Positions 45,501 to 55,925 of a stretch of DNA of 64,000 bases are shown one piece after another. Numbering within the stretch: position 1 is the stretch's first letter; the number at the start of each line of letters is the position of its first letter. Position numbers and translations under genes: made by a program. The notes below the pieces were generated by a model. That model worked only from the letters and a program-made list of their open reading frames with translations. It made no database searches and was not told the DNA's origin. Origin of the DNA: a bacterium (lineage in GTDB: Bacteria > Electryoneota > JAOADG01); the NCBI GenBank assembly GCA_963681965.1, contig OY820579.1, positions 1,408,001 to 1,472,000 on the forward strand, given 5' to 3'.

Positions 45501-46772
45501 ATGTATCGGCAGATGTTGCCGATTTGTTCGGAGCAATCGATGGAGCTACCGGTACCCGGTTCCCCTGATGAAGCACTCACGGTTGAGAGATTAGTGGAGC
45601 TTTTTCGCGATTTTTCCGAACAATCGACTTCCCTGCGGTCGGCATATTCCGATCTCGAACAACGTGTCGTGGATTTATCCGCTGAACTCGCAAAGAAAGA
45701 TCGTGAGATTTACACGGGTTATAACAATCTGTGGGAATTCCAAACGTATCTCGACAGCATTTTGGAATCTTTACCCATCGGCTTAGTAGTGTTCGATTTG
45801 CAATGGCAAGTGACCCGGATCAACCGTACCGCTCGAGAGATATTAAATCTTGCACCGGAAGAATTACCCACCGGTACCGTCTTTCTCGATCAAGAACCGC
45901 TCATGACATTACTGGATGAACGGAACGAGAACACCGAACTCGGTGTACCCATGGAGCGCGTGATTGAACGTCCGCAGGGATCGATCGTCGTTCGTCAGAT
46001 TGTGTCCTGGCTCTACAATCGTTCGCATGAGCGAATTGGATTATTGCTTTCTTTGGAAGATTTGACGGCAGTACACGAGTTGGAGCGGCGGATCGACGAA
46101 CAAAAGACGCTGGTAGCGTTAGGAGAGATGGCAGCTCACGTAGCCCATGAACTACGCAATCCGCTCTTTGGAATATGCGGATTCGCACAAATCCTACTCG
46201 AAGAGACTCCGGAAACCGATCAACGTTATCGGCTAGTACAGAAAATTAATGAAGGGGTCGATTCGCTAAATCGAATCGCAACCACATTACTCAATTATAC
46301 AAGATCCGGCGAACCAACCTTCGAACGTACCGACTTACAGAGTCTCTTAACCGATATTTCCGAATGGACACGCACTGATAAAACCGACCGAACTTCACAA
46401 ATCAACATTATACTCGATCTACCGCAGGAAAATATTCCAGTTAAGCTGGACAAGGAATTGATGCGCGAGGCGCTACTCAATATCGCCAAAAATGCCAAAC
46501 AAGCCATGCCCAAAGGGGGAACACTACAATTCGGTATGAAGTGGGATCTGTTAAAAAACCGGGTCATGATTATTATTAGCGATACTGGTGTCGGTATTTC
46601 ACCCGAAAATCTTGATAAAATATTCAACCCCTTCTTCACGACTCGATCAACCGGAACCGGTCTAGGGCTAGCTGTCGTACACAAAATTATCCGATTGCAC
46701 CGTGGTAATGTCACGGTCGATTCACAAGTCGGAAGCGGAACCAAATTTACTGTGGAGTTACCGATCGTATGA
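45501..46772 (+). CDS. PAS sensor histidine kinase (FleS/FlrB-like)
   Basis: AHELRNPL H-box, NAKQA, DTGVGI, FFTT, GTGLGL; upstream of the flagellar operon. Confidence 0.9.
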   Translation: MYRQMLPICSEQSMELPVPGSPDEALTVERLVELFRDFSEQSTSLRSAYSDLEQRVVDLSAELAKKDREIYTGYNNLWEFQTYLDSILESLPIGLVVFDLQWQVTRINRTAREILNLAPEELPTGTVFLDQEPLMTLLDERNENTELGVPMERVIERPQGSIVVRQIVSWLYNRSHERIGLLLSLEDLTAVHELERRIDEQKTLVALGEMAAHVAHELRNPLFGICGFAQILLEETPETDQRYRLVQKINEGVDSLNRIATTLLNYTRSGEPTFERTDLQSLLTDISEWTRTDKTDRTSQINIILDLPQENIPVKLDKELMREALLNIAKNAKQAMPKGGTLQFGMKWDLLKNRVMIIISDTGVGISPENLDKIFNPFFTTRSTGTGLGLAVVHKIIRLHRGNVTVDSQVGSGTKFTVELPIV

Positions 46773-48175
46773 ACCTATTCGAAGGACGTCGAATTGCCGT
46801 TGTAGATGACGAGCGGTTGAATCAGGAAATGCTGGAAGAGTATCTGACGAGAAATGGTGCCGAGGTAGAACTGTTTTCCAGCGCCGAAGACGCACTCAAA
46901 GGATTGGAATCGATCGAAGTCGATGCTGTAGTAACCGACATTAAACTCGGGGGAATGAGTGGTATCGAACTGCTACGGTCGTTACGGGTACGCTATCCCG
47001 AATTACCGGTGCTGCTAATGACGGCTTACGGTACAATTGAATCGGCAGTAGCCGCTATGTACGAAGGGGCGTTTTATTATCTCACAAAACCATTTAAACT
47101 TAAAGAATTTGGCGTATTAATTAATCGTGCTCTCGAACATTCTCACTTAGTTGCTGAAAATGATCGACTCAAACGCGAACTGAGTGCTCACACCAACTCA
47201 CACGGAATTATCGGTGGTAGTTTTAAGATGCGCGACATTCTGAGCTTAATTGATACTGTCGCCCCAACTTCATCCAATGTTTTAGTGTTGGGTGAATCAG
47301 GTACGGGTAAAGAAATGGTTGCCCGTGCAATTCACCAGAAATCGCTTCGTGCCGAAGGTCCGTTTGTAACGGTAAATTGTGCCGCTATGCCGGAAGGGTT
47401 AATTGAATCGGAGTTGTTTGGACACGTTCGCGGATCTTTTACCGGTGCGATCAAAGACTACCGCGGTAAATTTGAGACTGCCGACAACGGGACGATTCTA
47501 CTCGATGAGGTTTCGGAAATGCCGTTAACCCTCCAACCTAAACTGTTACGGGTAATTCAGGAGCGAGAATATTTCCGGGTGGGTAGTTCGGATGTTCGAA
47601 AAGCAAATGTTCGTGTTATTGCAACATCGAATCGTAACCTCGAAGAGGAAGTATCCGCTGGACATTTTAGGCAGGATCTCTATTTCCGGTTGAATGTGAT
47701 TCCGCTCCAACTCCCACCCCTTCGTGATCGGAAAGAGGATATTCAAGATTTATCCCTTCATTTTGTAAATCGTTACGCAGCAGAGTGTAAAAAAGACATC
47801 AAAGGGATCACGGAAGAAGCATTTGGGGTTTTGCTTAGTTATTCTTGGCCCGGTAATGTTCGCGAATTGGAAAATGCGATCGAACGTGCGGTCGTACTCT
47901 CCACCACTGGTGAATTAGAAAAGAAGCATTTTCAACATCTTCTCGGTTCCAGCCTGCAAACTCAAAGCAATCCGTTATCTGGCACGAGTGGTATCTCACT
48001 TCACGATCTAGAGAAGAAACACATTTTGGCAACCCTGTCAGCAAACAATAATAATCGTACTCGAACTGCAGAAGTTCTTGATATTTCAATACGTACACTC
48101 CGCAATAAATTGAATGAATACCGTGCGGATGGGTCATTCATTGATGATCGGGACGATACCGATCTAGGTGAATAG
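46769..48175 (+). CDS. sigma54-dependent response regulator (FleR/FlrC-like)
   Basis: Receiver domain, GESGTGKE, GSFTGA, LLDEV, WPGNVRELEN, Fis-type HTH. Confidence 0.93.
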   Translation: MNLFEGRRIAVVDDERLNQEMLEEYLTRNGAEVELFSSAEDALKGLESIEVDAVVTDIKLGGMSGIELLRSLRVRYPELPVLLMTAYGTIESAVAAMYEGAFYYLTKPFKLKEFGVLINRALEHSHLVAENDRLKRELSAHTNSHGIIGGSFKMRDILSLIDTVAPTSSNVLVLGESGTGKEMVARAIHQKSLRAEGPFVTVNCAAMPEGLIESELFGHVRGSFTGAIKDYRGKFETADNGTILLDEVSEMPLTLQPKLLRVIQEREYFRVGSSDVRKANVRVIATSNRNLEEEVSAGHFRQDLYFRLNVIPLQLPPLRDRKEDIQDLSLHFVNRYAAECKKDIKGITEEAFGVLLSYSWPGNVRELENAIERAVVLSTTGELEKKHFQHLLGSSLQTQSNPLSGTSGISLHDLEKKHILATLSANNNNRTRTAEVLDISIRTLRNKLNEYRADGSFIDDRDDTDLGE

Positions 48176-48269
48176 GCATGCTCTGCCTATCCTGACGTTT
48201 TCTTCCTCTCGATAACTCGTTATCGCACTTTAACTATCTATTTTTCAATAATCGATCCATCAAAAGTCT

Positions 48270-48286
48270 TCGGCATAGTAGTTGCT
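48270..48286 (+). promoter_or_regulatory. sigma54 (-24/-12) promoter of the flgB operon
   Basis: CGGCATAGTAGTTGCT has GG-N10-GC spacing and lies directly downstream of a sigma54 activator gene. Confidence 0.8.
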
Positions 48287-48303
48287 CTCAATGATGTGGA
48301 ATT

Positions 48304-48744
48304 ATGGAGCATATCATTATGTCATTAAAAGATATGATCTTCGAGAAAACACCCATTCCGGTATTGGCGAAGGGACTGGATGCTTATACCCGTCGGCAGC
48401 GAACAATTGCTCACAATGTTGCCAACATTGAAACCCCCGGGTATCAGAGGAAGTATGTCAAATTCGAAGATGAGTTGAAACAGATTTTGGATACCCGTAA
48501 TCAAGCGTTGAAGGTTACATCGGAGAATCATCTGCCATTTACCCGTCAGCAACTGGAAAAGCTCGAGGGTGAAATCGTCGTAGACGATGTCACTGGACCG
48601 CTGAATGGTGTCAATAATGTTTCATTGGATCGCGAAATGGCAGATTTGGCGACGAACAATATGCAATATCAAGCGGTAACGAAACTGATGAAAACTTACT
48701 TCGATAGTTTGAAAAATGCGATTCGCGGTGGTGGTGCTGCTTAA
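48304..48744 (+). CDS. flgB: flagellar basal-body rod protein FlgB
   Basis: IAHNVANIETPGY, NNVSLDREM. Confidence 0.93.
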   Translation: MEHIIMSLKDMIFEKTPIPVLAKGLDAYTRRQRTIAHNVANIETPGYQRKYVKFEDELKQILDTRNQALKVTSENHLPFTRQQLEKLEGEIVVDDVTGPLNGVNNVSLDREMADLATNNMQYQAVTKLMKTYFDSLKNAIRGGGAA

Positions 48745-48759
48745 GCAGGAGAATAGATC

Positions 48760-49260
48760 ATGATTAGAGGCATTTTTTCTTCCATCGATATCAGTTCAAG
48801 TGGTTTGATGGCGCAACGCCGGCGATTGGATGCCGTCGCACAAAATCTTGCCAATAGTGAAACAACACGAACTGCGGAAGGTGGACCCTACAAACGTCGA
48901 ATCGTAACCTTTGGCGAAGATTTACAGAGCAGCACGATGATTACTTCGGAGCAAACCGATAGCTCGAAGTTAAAACTTGACTATACCGACCTCGATCATT
49001 TAAACACCAGTGGCGCTGCTGGCGACAGAGCGCATTTGTCCGGTGTGATGGCGCGAGAAACGCGCGATACGACCGAACCACCGGAACTGGTATACGATCC
49101 CGGTCATCCCGATGCCAATGAACAGGGGTACGTAGCGTATCCCAAAATTAATCCTATTCAGGAAATGTCCGATCTGATTATTGCGGCACGGGCATACGAA
49201 GCGAATTCCGCAGTAATTCAATCTGCCAAGTCAATGTTTCGCAAAGCACTGGAGATTTAA
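48760..49260 (+). CDS. flgC: flagellar basal-body rod protein FlgC
   Basis: QNLANSETTRT, YDPGHPDA, ARAYEAN. Confidence 0.95.
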   Translation: MIRGIFSSIDISSSGLMAQRRRLDAVAQNLANSETTRTAEGGPYKRRIVTFGEDLQSSTMITSEQTDSSKLKLDYTDLDHLNTSGAAGDRAHLSGVMARETRDTTEPPELVYDPGHPDANEQGYVAYPKINPIQEMSDLIIAARAYEANSAVIQSAKSMFRKALEI

Positions 49261-49263
49261 TCG

Positions 49264-49584
49264 ATGCCGTTTCCGATTCAACAACTCCAAGCACAAGCGA
49301 TTGCACCTCAGCCAAAATCGAAATCGAATGCGGCACAATTTATCGCAACGCGTCGAAATCGCGTGGAAACTTTCGAACGGTTGCGTGAACAAAGTGTCTA
49401 TGAACAACAGACTGAAATGGAGATGTCGCGCGCATCAAGCGAATTACGATTGGCGCGGATGCAAACCGAAGTCGAATCCAAACTTCAGCAACGAGGCGCA
49501 CTTCCAGTAGGTACGGCGTACGATCCCAGTGGAAAACCCGACGCTGCAAAATTCGTCGGTCGCCATATTGATCTTTACGCGTAG
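49264..49584 (+). CDS. hypothetical protein within the flagellar operon
   Basis: Tightly packed between flgC and fliE; C-terminal GRHIDLYA. Confidence 0.6.
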   Translation: MPFPIQQLQAQAIAPQPKSKSNAAQFIATRRNRVETFERLREQSVYEQQTEMEMSRASSELRLARMQTEVESKLQQRGALPVGTAYDPSGKPDAAKFVGRHIDLYA

Positions 49585-49593
49585 GAGATCGGG

Positions 49594-49995
49594 ATGAATA
49601 TCAATGAGTTAGGGCGATTTGCTCAAGACCTTCCGGGAATGACCAATCAGGTTGGTAAAACCGAATTGGATGAACTCAAACGGAAAAATCTGGTCGATAA
49701 CGCAAGACCGGTCAAAGATGTCTCGGGAATTAATACCGAAATTTCGAATGCACCTTCGCGAATCAATCCCGATCGCGGTTCATTCGGTGATACACTTCAG
49801 GGAATGTTGCATGAAGTGAGTAATCTGCAACAACAAGCCAATACTGGTTCACAGCGATTGATGACGGGCGAAGTGGAAGACGTGCATCAAGTCATGGTCG
49901 CAGTCGAAAAAGCAAGCACTAGTTTTATGCTGATGATGGAGATTCGCAACAAGCTGGTGGAAGCGTACCGCGAAGTTATGAGAATGCAGGTCTAA
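49594..49995 (+). CDS. fliE: flagellar hook-basal body protein FliE
   Basis: DVHQVMVA...EIRNKLVEAYREVMRMQV. Confidence 0.93.
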   Translation: MNINELGRFAQDLPGMTNQVGKTELDELKRKNLVDNARPVKDVSGINTEISNAPSRINPDRGSFGDTLQGMLHEVSNLQQQANTGSQRLMTGEVEDVHQVMVAVEKASTSFMLMMEIRNKLVEAYREVMRMQV

Positions 49996-50043
49996 TAACA
50001 CACAATTTTTTTGCGAAAAGCTGGTTAGCCGGGAACTCGAACG

Positions 50044-51660
50044 ATGAATGGAAAAGAACTAATCACCCAGACAAAATCGACGCTGAATCGGTTGTCGAAT
50101 CCACAAAAGTTGTTACTGGGAATCCTCGGATTTGGTGGAATCTTTGCCATATCGCTGATTCTTTGGTGGTCAGCTCGTCCCGATTACGTTGTCTTGTTCT
50201 CCAATATGAATCAACAAGACGGTGGCAAAATCCTTACTTTTCTTCAAGAATCGAATATCCCCTATCAATTCGAAGGTGGTGGATCGACCATCAAAGTTCC
50301 TCAAGAAAAAGTCTATGAAATCCGCTTAAAATTAGCCAATCTGGGGCTTCCGCAACAAAAGGGCAATGGCTACGAATTGTTCGATAAAGTCAATTTCGGC
50401 ATGAGTGACTTCATGCAAAAATTGAATTATCGACGGGCGCTGGAAGGGGAATTGCAACGAACGATCATGTCGATGGAAGAGATTGAAGCAGCGCGTGTTC
50501 ATCTCGTGATTCCTGAACAATCATTGTTTGCCGATAAAGAAAAACCGACGACCGCTTCGGTGACACTCAAGTTGAAAGCCAATTCGACACTAAATCAACA
50601 GCAGGTCCAAGGTATGGCATTCTTGGTTTCAGGCGCAGTTGAAGGTTTGAAAATGGAGAATGTTATGATCGTCGACTCGCGCGGAAATGTATTGTCAAAT
50701 CCGCTGGAGCGCGATCCAATCGTTGCATTATCTGCTACTCAACTCCAGATGCAAAAACAGCTCGAGCAGTCGATCCAAAACAATGTGCAATCGATGTTGG
50801 ATAAATTACTGGGAAGTAATAAATCGATTGTAAGAGTCACTGCAAAATTGGATTTTCAGCGGATCGAGGAGCAACGCGAAACCTACGATAATTTAAATCC
50901 GGCAATTCGCAGTGAAGAACGGAACGAATCGACCAGCAACGGTGGATCCGATGGTTCAACCAGTACAGAAAGTACCGTCACCAATTACGAAGTAAGTCGA
51001 ACGGTTCAGAAGCTCCAGAACAGTGTCGGTGGTGTTCAGAAATTATCGCTTGCGGTAATCATCGATGGTGCTTACAAGAAAGTAGGAACCGGCGACAATG
51101 CCAAACTGGAATATCAACCCCGCTCCGATGTTGAATTGAAGAGTATTGCCGGCGCGATTCGCGGTGCGGTCGGATTTGATTCTTTGCGTGGTGATCGATT
51201 GGAGTTATCGAATGTACCATTCGATGTAACGCAGACCGAACAACAGAATGAAGAATTCCGTCAGACTGAGAAAATGGAATTCTGGCGAATGGTGATCGAG
51301 CGAAGTGTGTTGGTTCTGGGTGCGTTGGTCATACTGTTGATGGTGCGTGGATTATTGAAGCGGCACGCTAAAGCTTCCGAAGCGGCACTTGAAAAGACGA
51401 TGGTCGAAATTCGACCGCAACCGCCGGAACAATTAAGTCCAGGGCACCATGTTGCCGGGGCATTACCGTCTGGAAGCTCTGCAGTACGGCAAATCGAGGA
51501 GCATCAACGCAGGATGTTGAGTGGATTACCTGATTTGGATACGCAACTTTCCGATGAAGTGGTCCAGATGAAACAGTTGCAAGAACAACTGGAAGAGTTT
51601 GCGGTAAGTAGTCCGGAAAACGCGGCTCGGTTGTTGAAAACCTGGTTGATTGAGGGATAG
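50044..51660 (+). CDS. fliF: flagellar M-ring protein FliF
   Basis: GYELFD, RALEGELQRTI, ARVHLVIP; two TM segments. Confidence 0.95.
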   Translation: MNGKELITQTKSTLNRLSNPQKLLLGILGFGGIFAISLILWWSARPDYVVLFSNMNQQDGGKILTFLQESNIPYQFEGGGSTIKVPQEKVYEIRLKLANLGLPQQKGNGYELFDKVNFGMSDFMQKLNYRRALEGELQRTIMSMEEIEAARVHLVIPEQSLFADKEKPTTASVTLKLKANSTLNQQQVQGMAFLVSGAVEGLKMENVMIVDSRGNVLSNPLERDPIVALSATQLQMQKQLEQSIQNNVQSMLDKLLGSNKSIVRVTAKLDFQRIEEQRETYDNLNPAIRSEERNESTSNGGSDGSTSTESTVTNYEVSRTVQKLQNSVGGVQKLSLAVIIDGAYKKVGTGDNAKLEYQPRSDVELKSIAGAIRGAVGFDSLRGDRLELSNVPFDVTQTEQQNEEFRQTEKMEFWRMVIERSVLVLGALVILLMVRGLLKRHAKASEAALEKTMVEIRPQPPEQLSPGHHVAGALPSGSSAVRQIEEHQRRMLSGLPDLDTQLSDEVVQMKQLQEQLEEFAVSSPENAARLLKTWLIEG

Positions 51661-51662
51661 TC

Positions 51663-52685
51663 ATGGCACAAGTTGGCGCAAAATACCATCCCGGCAATAT
51701 CTCCGGTAAAATGAAAGCCGCGATTTTTCTGGTCGCATTGGGCATCAAAGCCTCAAGTGGAATCTATCGCTACTTGAGCGATTCCGAAATCGAAATATTG
51801 ACGACTGAAATCGCTCGACTTGATAATGTACCTTCTTCGGTGATACAAAGTATTATTGAAGAATATCACCACATGGTCCTCGCGCAGGAATATATCGCAA
51901 CCGGTGGTTTGGCGTATGCTCAGGAAATTCTCGAAAATTCCGTGGGTGAACAACGTGCGATGGAAATTATCCGGAAAGTTCAACTATCGTTGCAAGTCAA
52001 GGGTTTCAATATTCTACAAAACGTCGATAGCAACCAGTTGCTTGCATTCCTTCAGAAAGAGCATCCGCAAACAATCGCACTGGTTATGACGCAACTCAAT
52101 CCGATTCAAGCCGCTAATGTTATGCAAGATTTTCCACCGTCGTTACAAGTCGAAGTTGTATATCGATTGGCGCAAATGGAACGTGTTTCGCCGGAAACTA
52201 TCGCAGCAGTGGAACGCGTCTTGGAATCCCGTATCGATTTCTCACAGAGTACATCGAAACTGGGTGGTGTTAAAGCCGCTTCCGAGATCTTGAACCTGAT
52301 GGGAACTCGGCATGAGAAATCGATTCTATCCGGGATTGCACGGGATAATCCAACGCTTGCTACCGAAATCAAAAACTTGATGTTTGTTTTCGAAGATCTG
52401 ATGAATCTCGATGATCGATCGCTGCAGAAGGTATTGAAAGAAGTCGACAACAAGGAACTCGCGATGTCGTTGAAGGCTTGCAGCAACGAACTCAAAGGTC
52501 GAATTCTCTCGAATATGTCGAAACGTGCTGCCGAAATGATCGAAGAAGAGTTGGGATATATGGGTCCGGTTCGTTTACGAGAAGTGGAAGAAGTGCAACA
52601 GCGAATTATCGATATCGTTCGACGATTGGAAGAAGAAGGTCAAATAGTAGTTACTGGCTCGACTACGGAAGATCAGTTGGTGTAA
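51663..52685 (+). CDS. fliG: flagellar motor switch protein FliG
   Basis: EHPQTIAL, GGVK, MFVFED. Confidence 0.96.
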   Translation: MAQVGAKYHPGNISGKMKAAIFLVALGIKASSGIYRYLSDSEIEILTTEIARLDNVPSSVIQSIIEEYHHMVLAQEYIATGGLAYAQEILENSVGEQRAMEIIRKVQLSLQVKGFNILQNVDSNQLLAFLQKEHPQTIALVMTQLNPIQAANVMQDFPPSLQVEVVYRLAQMERVSPETIAAVERVLESRIDFSQSTSKLGGVKAASEILNLMGTRHEKSILSGIARDNPTLATEIKNLMFVFEDLMNLDDRSLQKVLKEVDNKELAMSLKACSNELKGRILSNMSKRAAEMIEEELGYMGPVRLREVEEVQQRIIDIVRRLEEEGQIVVTGSTTEDQLV

Positions 52686-52692
52686 TATCAAA

Positions 52693-53418
52693 ATGAATCG
52701 CAAAGACCCGTTGGAAGCAACATCGGTTAAATCGCGCAGAATCTCGGCGATCGAAGGGATGCCGATCGATACCGAACCGATGTGGGTCAGACCGCAACCG
52801 ATAATAAAACTACCAAAACGCGAAACCGAGCCGCGTAGTAATGTGTTTGATATAGCTAAGAAATTGGCATCGGAACGCAATGAAGATCGTAATGCCGCTG
52901 TCGAAGATGCTTACCAACGAGGATTTGACGAAGGGTATGCCACGGCGGAACGCGAGTGGCAAGAACGATCGGCAACAATTGCCCGAAGATTCGAATCGTA
53001 CGCATTGCAAATCGACCAAGCAGTCTCATCGATTTACCGGGAATTGGTCGATCCGATGACCGAACTGTCATTACTGATTGCAAAGCGTGCATGTGCAACG
53101 GAATTGCAGATCACTCCGGAAATAGTCGCGAAACTAATCTGGAATGTGTGTAAAGAAATCGGTGATCGATCCGAATTGAATATTCTCATTAATCCCGATG
53201 ATTTAGTCGCGATGCAAGAAGCTGGAGTTGATATACTTTCCGGTGTTGCCGCGACTAGTAAAATTAAAATTACACCGGCAAAAGGAATGACTCGCGGCGG
53301 ATGTATTGTCGAGACTCCGCAAGGCACTTGGGATGCCCGTTGGGAAACCCGCTGGAATGAATTAGTCAATACGATGTTGCAACGAGGATCGACCTTATCG
53401 GAGCGAATCGATGCGTGA
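52693..53418 (+). CDS. fliH: flagellar assembly protein FliH
   Basis: AYQRGFDEGY GxxxG repeat, INPDD, GGCIVET. Confidence 0.85.
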   Translation: MNRKDPLEATSVKSRRISAIEGMPIDTEPMWVRPQPIIKLPKRETEPRSNVFDIAKKLASERNEDRNAAVEDAYQRGFDEGYATAEREWQERSATIARRFESYALQIDQAVSSIYRELVDPMTELSLLIAKRACATELQITPEIVAKLIWNVCKEIGDRSELNILINPDDLVAMQEAGVDILSGVAATSKIKITPAKGMTRGGCIVETPQGTWDARWETRWNELVNTMLQRGSTLSERIDA

Positions 53419-54733
53419 AGGATCGCCATTTGCCGAGCCATTTGCACCTGCGTTTCAACGGGCATCGGAAGTAAATCCGGTCGTCCAGAGCGGAAAAGTC
53501 GTGCAAGTTGTTGGATTAGTAATCGAAGCGAATGGACCATCGGCTACGGTCGGTGAGGCATGCCGTATCGTTACGAAAACCGGAATGGTACCTGCCGAAA
53601 TTGTTGGATTTCGCGAAGGTCGAGTGTTATTAATGCCGCTAGGCGAACCAGAAGGCATCGCACCCGGTTCGGAAGTGATCGCATTACGACATCACTGGAC
53701 TGTTCCAGTAGGCGACGAGTTATTAGGACGAATCCTGGATGGTCTAGGTCATCCGATGGATGGTAAGGGTCCACTCAATTGCATGAAAGTTCGTTCTTTG
53801 CGTGGAAGTGCGCCGAATCCATTAACTCGATCCCGGATCAATGAGCCATTCATAACCGGACTAAGAGCAATCGACAGTCTGACAACAATCGGTAAAGGGC
53901 AGCGAATGGGCATCTTTGCCGGTTCCGGTGTCGGAAAATCGGTATTGCTCGGACAGATTGCCAAATTCAGTAAATCCGATGTAGCAGTAATTGGTTTGAT
54001 CGGCGAACGCGGTAGAGAAGTACGAGAATTTATTGAACGCGATCTTGGTGAAGAAGGTTTGAAGCGTAGTGTTGTGGTTGTGGCGACTTCCGATCAGCCC
54101 GCATTGGTAAGATTGAAAGCTTCGTTGGTCGCAACGGCGATTGCCGAGCACTTCCGCAGTGAAAGTAAAGATGTCGTATTAATGATGGACTCGGCAACCC
54201 GACTCGCAATGGCGCAACGCGAAGTAGGTCTCACAATCGGCGAACCACCGACAACAAAAGGGTATACACCGTCGGTTTTTGCGATGTTACCGAAATTGTT
54301 CGAACGTGCCGGAAAAGATGAACACGGTTCAATCACCGGTCTATATACGATTCTGGTGGATGGAGACGATTTAACCGAGCCGGTTGCGGACGCAGCACGA
54401 TCAATTCTCGATGGTCACTTATGGTTGTCGCGAAAATTGGCGGCGATGAACCGCTACCCGGCAATCGATCCGTTGCATTCTATCTCGCGCGTGATGCCGG
54501 ATGTAGTATCGAAAGAACACTACAAAGCCTCCAAAGAAATTATCTCGAATCTTGCCGCATATGCCGAAGCAGAGGATTTAATCAATATCGGTGCGTATGT
54601 GACGGGTTCGAATCCGAAGATTGACCGTGCCATTTCCAAATATTCTGCGATTGTAGAATTTTTGCGACAGGGAATTTTGGATGTTTCGTCGTTCGAATTG
54701 ACAATTGAGTCATTAATGCGATTGGCACAATAG
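53411..54733 (+). CDS. fliI: flagellar export ATPase FliI
   Basis: GIFAGSGVGKS, GERGREV, GEPPTTKGY. Confidence 0.96.
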   Translation: MREGSPFAEPFAPAFQRASEVNPVVQSGKVVQVVGLVIEANGPSATVGEACRIVTKTGMVPAEIVGFREGRVLLMPLGEPEGIAPGSEVIALRHHWTVPVGDELLGRILDGLGHPMDGKGPLNCMKVRSLRGSAPNPLTRSRINEPFITGLRAIDSLTTIGKGQRMGIFAGSGVGKSVLLGQIAKFSKSDVAVIGLIGERGREVREFIERDLGEEGLKRSVVVVATSDQPALVRLKASLVATAIAEHFRSESKDVVLMMDSATRLAMAQREVGLTIGEPPTTKGYTPSVFAMLPKLFERAGKDEHGSITGLYTILVDGDDLTEPVADAARSILDGHLWLSRKLAAMNRYPAIDPLHSISRVMPDVVSKEHYKASKEIISNLAAYAEAEDLINIGAYVTGSNPKIDRAISKYSAIVEFLRQGILDVSSFELTIESLMRLAQ

Positions 54734-54747
54734 CACGATAGGCGAGT

Positions 54748-55200
54748 GTGATGGAAAAATTCAAGTTTCGCCTCGAACGGGTACTGGATGTCAAACGAAT
54801 TCGCGAGAAGGAAAAGCAACGCGAATGGGTGGTTGCTCGAATGGAGCGTGAAGAACGTCAGCGCGAAGAACATGAGCTGAAACTGGATCATCAAGCATTC
54901 AACAATCGTCGGAAAACCAACGCCAGTATCGGTGAGATGAAAATTGAGGCGGAATTGTCACGAGGAATTCGCTTCAAAATCCGCAAACAAGCGATTAAAG
55001 TAGCTCAGGCAACACTTCTAGAAGATCAGGCAAATCAGCGACTTCTCGAAGCAATGAAGGAACGAAAAGTGCTAGACAATCTTCGCGATCGAAAGCAGGA
55101 AGAACATCGCATCGAAGAAAATCGACAGGAGCAGAAATCGATCGATGAAGTCGCATCGCGAAGATACATCGATACGCTTCATAAAGGTAGCCGATCATGA
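54748..55200 (+). CDS. fliJ: flagellar export protein FliJ
   Basis: FKFRLERVL...EQKSIDE coiled coil; follows fliI. Confidence 0.88.
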   Translation: MMEKFKFRLERVLDVKRIREKEKQREWVVARMEREERQREEHELKLDHQAFNNRRKTNASIGEMKIEAELSRGIRFKIRKQAIKVAQATLLEDQANQRLLEAMKERKVLDNLRDRKQEEHRIEENRQEQKSIDEVASRRYIDTLHKGSRS

Positions 55201-55892
55201 GTTTGCGACAAATGATCACTTTATTCTTGATTACACTGTTGTCTTTGATCCTTTTGATATGTGTCGGATGTGGCAAGAAAGAAGCAGAAAATCAGGAAAC
55301 CAAAAAAGACGTAGACACTTTGAGTGTGGTGAAAGCCAAGAATCCGATGAAAGTATCGTTGGATACAATTCCCTTTCGACCACTGCCCAATCATGGATTA
55401 ATGCGGGACTTGTCGTTGCAGGATGATTCTACTCTGGATGCTCAAAATGCCGCAAATGAAACACCTGCGATTGATTCGTTTGTCGTTCATGTTCCTGCAG
55501 ATACCCAGAAAATTTTACAATTATCCGGATATCCTCGCAAACTCGATTCGTTACTCGCAGTGAAGCGAACGATCGAACAGTCTTCGATCAATCTAAAGGA
55601 TTCGCTAGTTCGAACAATAAGCAATTTGACCGATTTACGCGATGGTCTGGGTAAGAAAAAAGTCGACGACGAGAAAGCTGAAGAAGCTCGATTAATCAAA
55701 TTGGCAAAGCTCATTGAGGGGATGAAACCGCAACAAGCCGCACCGATGTTGGATAAACTTCCACCTAAAGTTGCCGCTCAGATCGTTGCGAGACTAAAGG
55801 AACGAACGGCAGGTCGAGTACTGGCAGCAATGCCATTGGCGAAATCATCGCAGATCGCAATGCTAATTAAATCGGGTGATTATCAAAATTAG
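55197..55892 (+). CDS. MotE/FlbB-like flagellar protein (MgtE_N-like C-terminus), putative lipoprotein
   Basis: CVGC after h-region; MKPQQAA...LKERTAGRVLAAM. Confidence 0.72.
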   Translation: MSLRQMITLFLITLLSLILLICVGCGKKEAENQETKKDVDTLSVVKAKNPMKVSLDTIPFRPLPNHGLMRDLSLQDDSTLDAQNAANETPAIDSFVVHVPADTQKILQLSGYPRKLDSLLAVKRTIEQSSINLKDSLVRTISNLTDLRDGLGKKKVDDEKAEEARLIKLAKLIEGMKPQQAAPMLDKLPPKVAAQIVARLKERTAGRVLAAMPLAKSSQIAMLIKSGDYQN

Positions 55893-55909
55893 AAATTAGG
55901 TTGATCGTT

Positions 55910-55925
55910 CGGCACGGATTTGGCT
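55910..55925 (+). promoter_or_regulatory. possible internal sigma54 promoter upstream of fliK
   Basis: CGGCACGGATTTGGCT, GG-N10-GC spacing with a deviation just upstream of the -12 GC. Confidence 0.5.
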
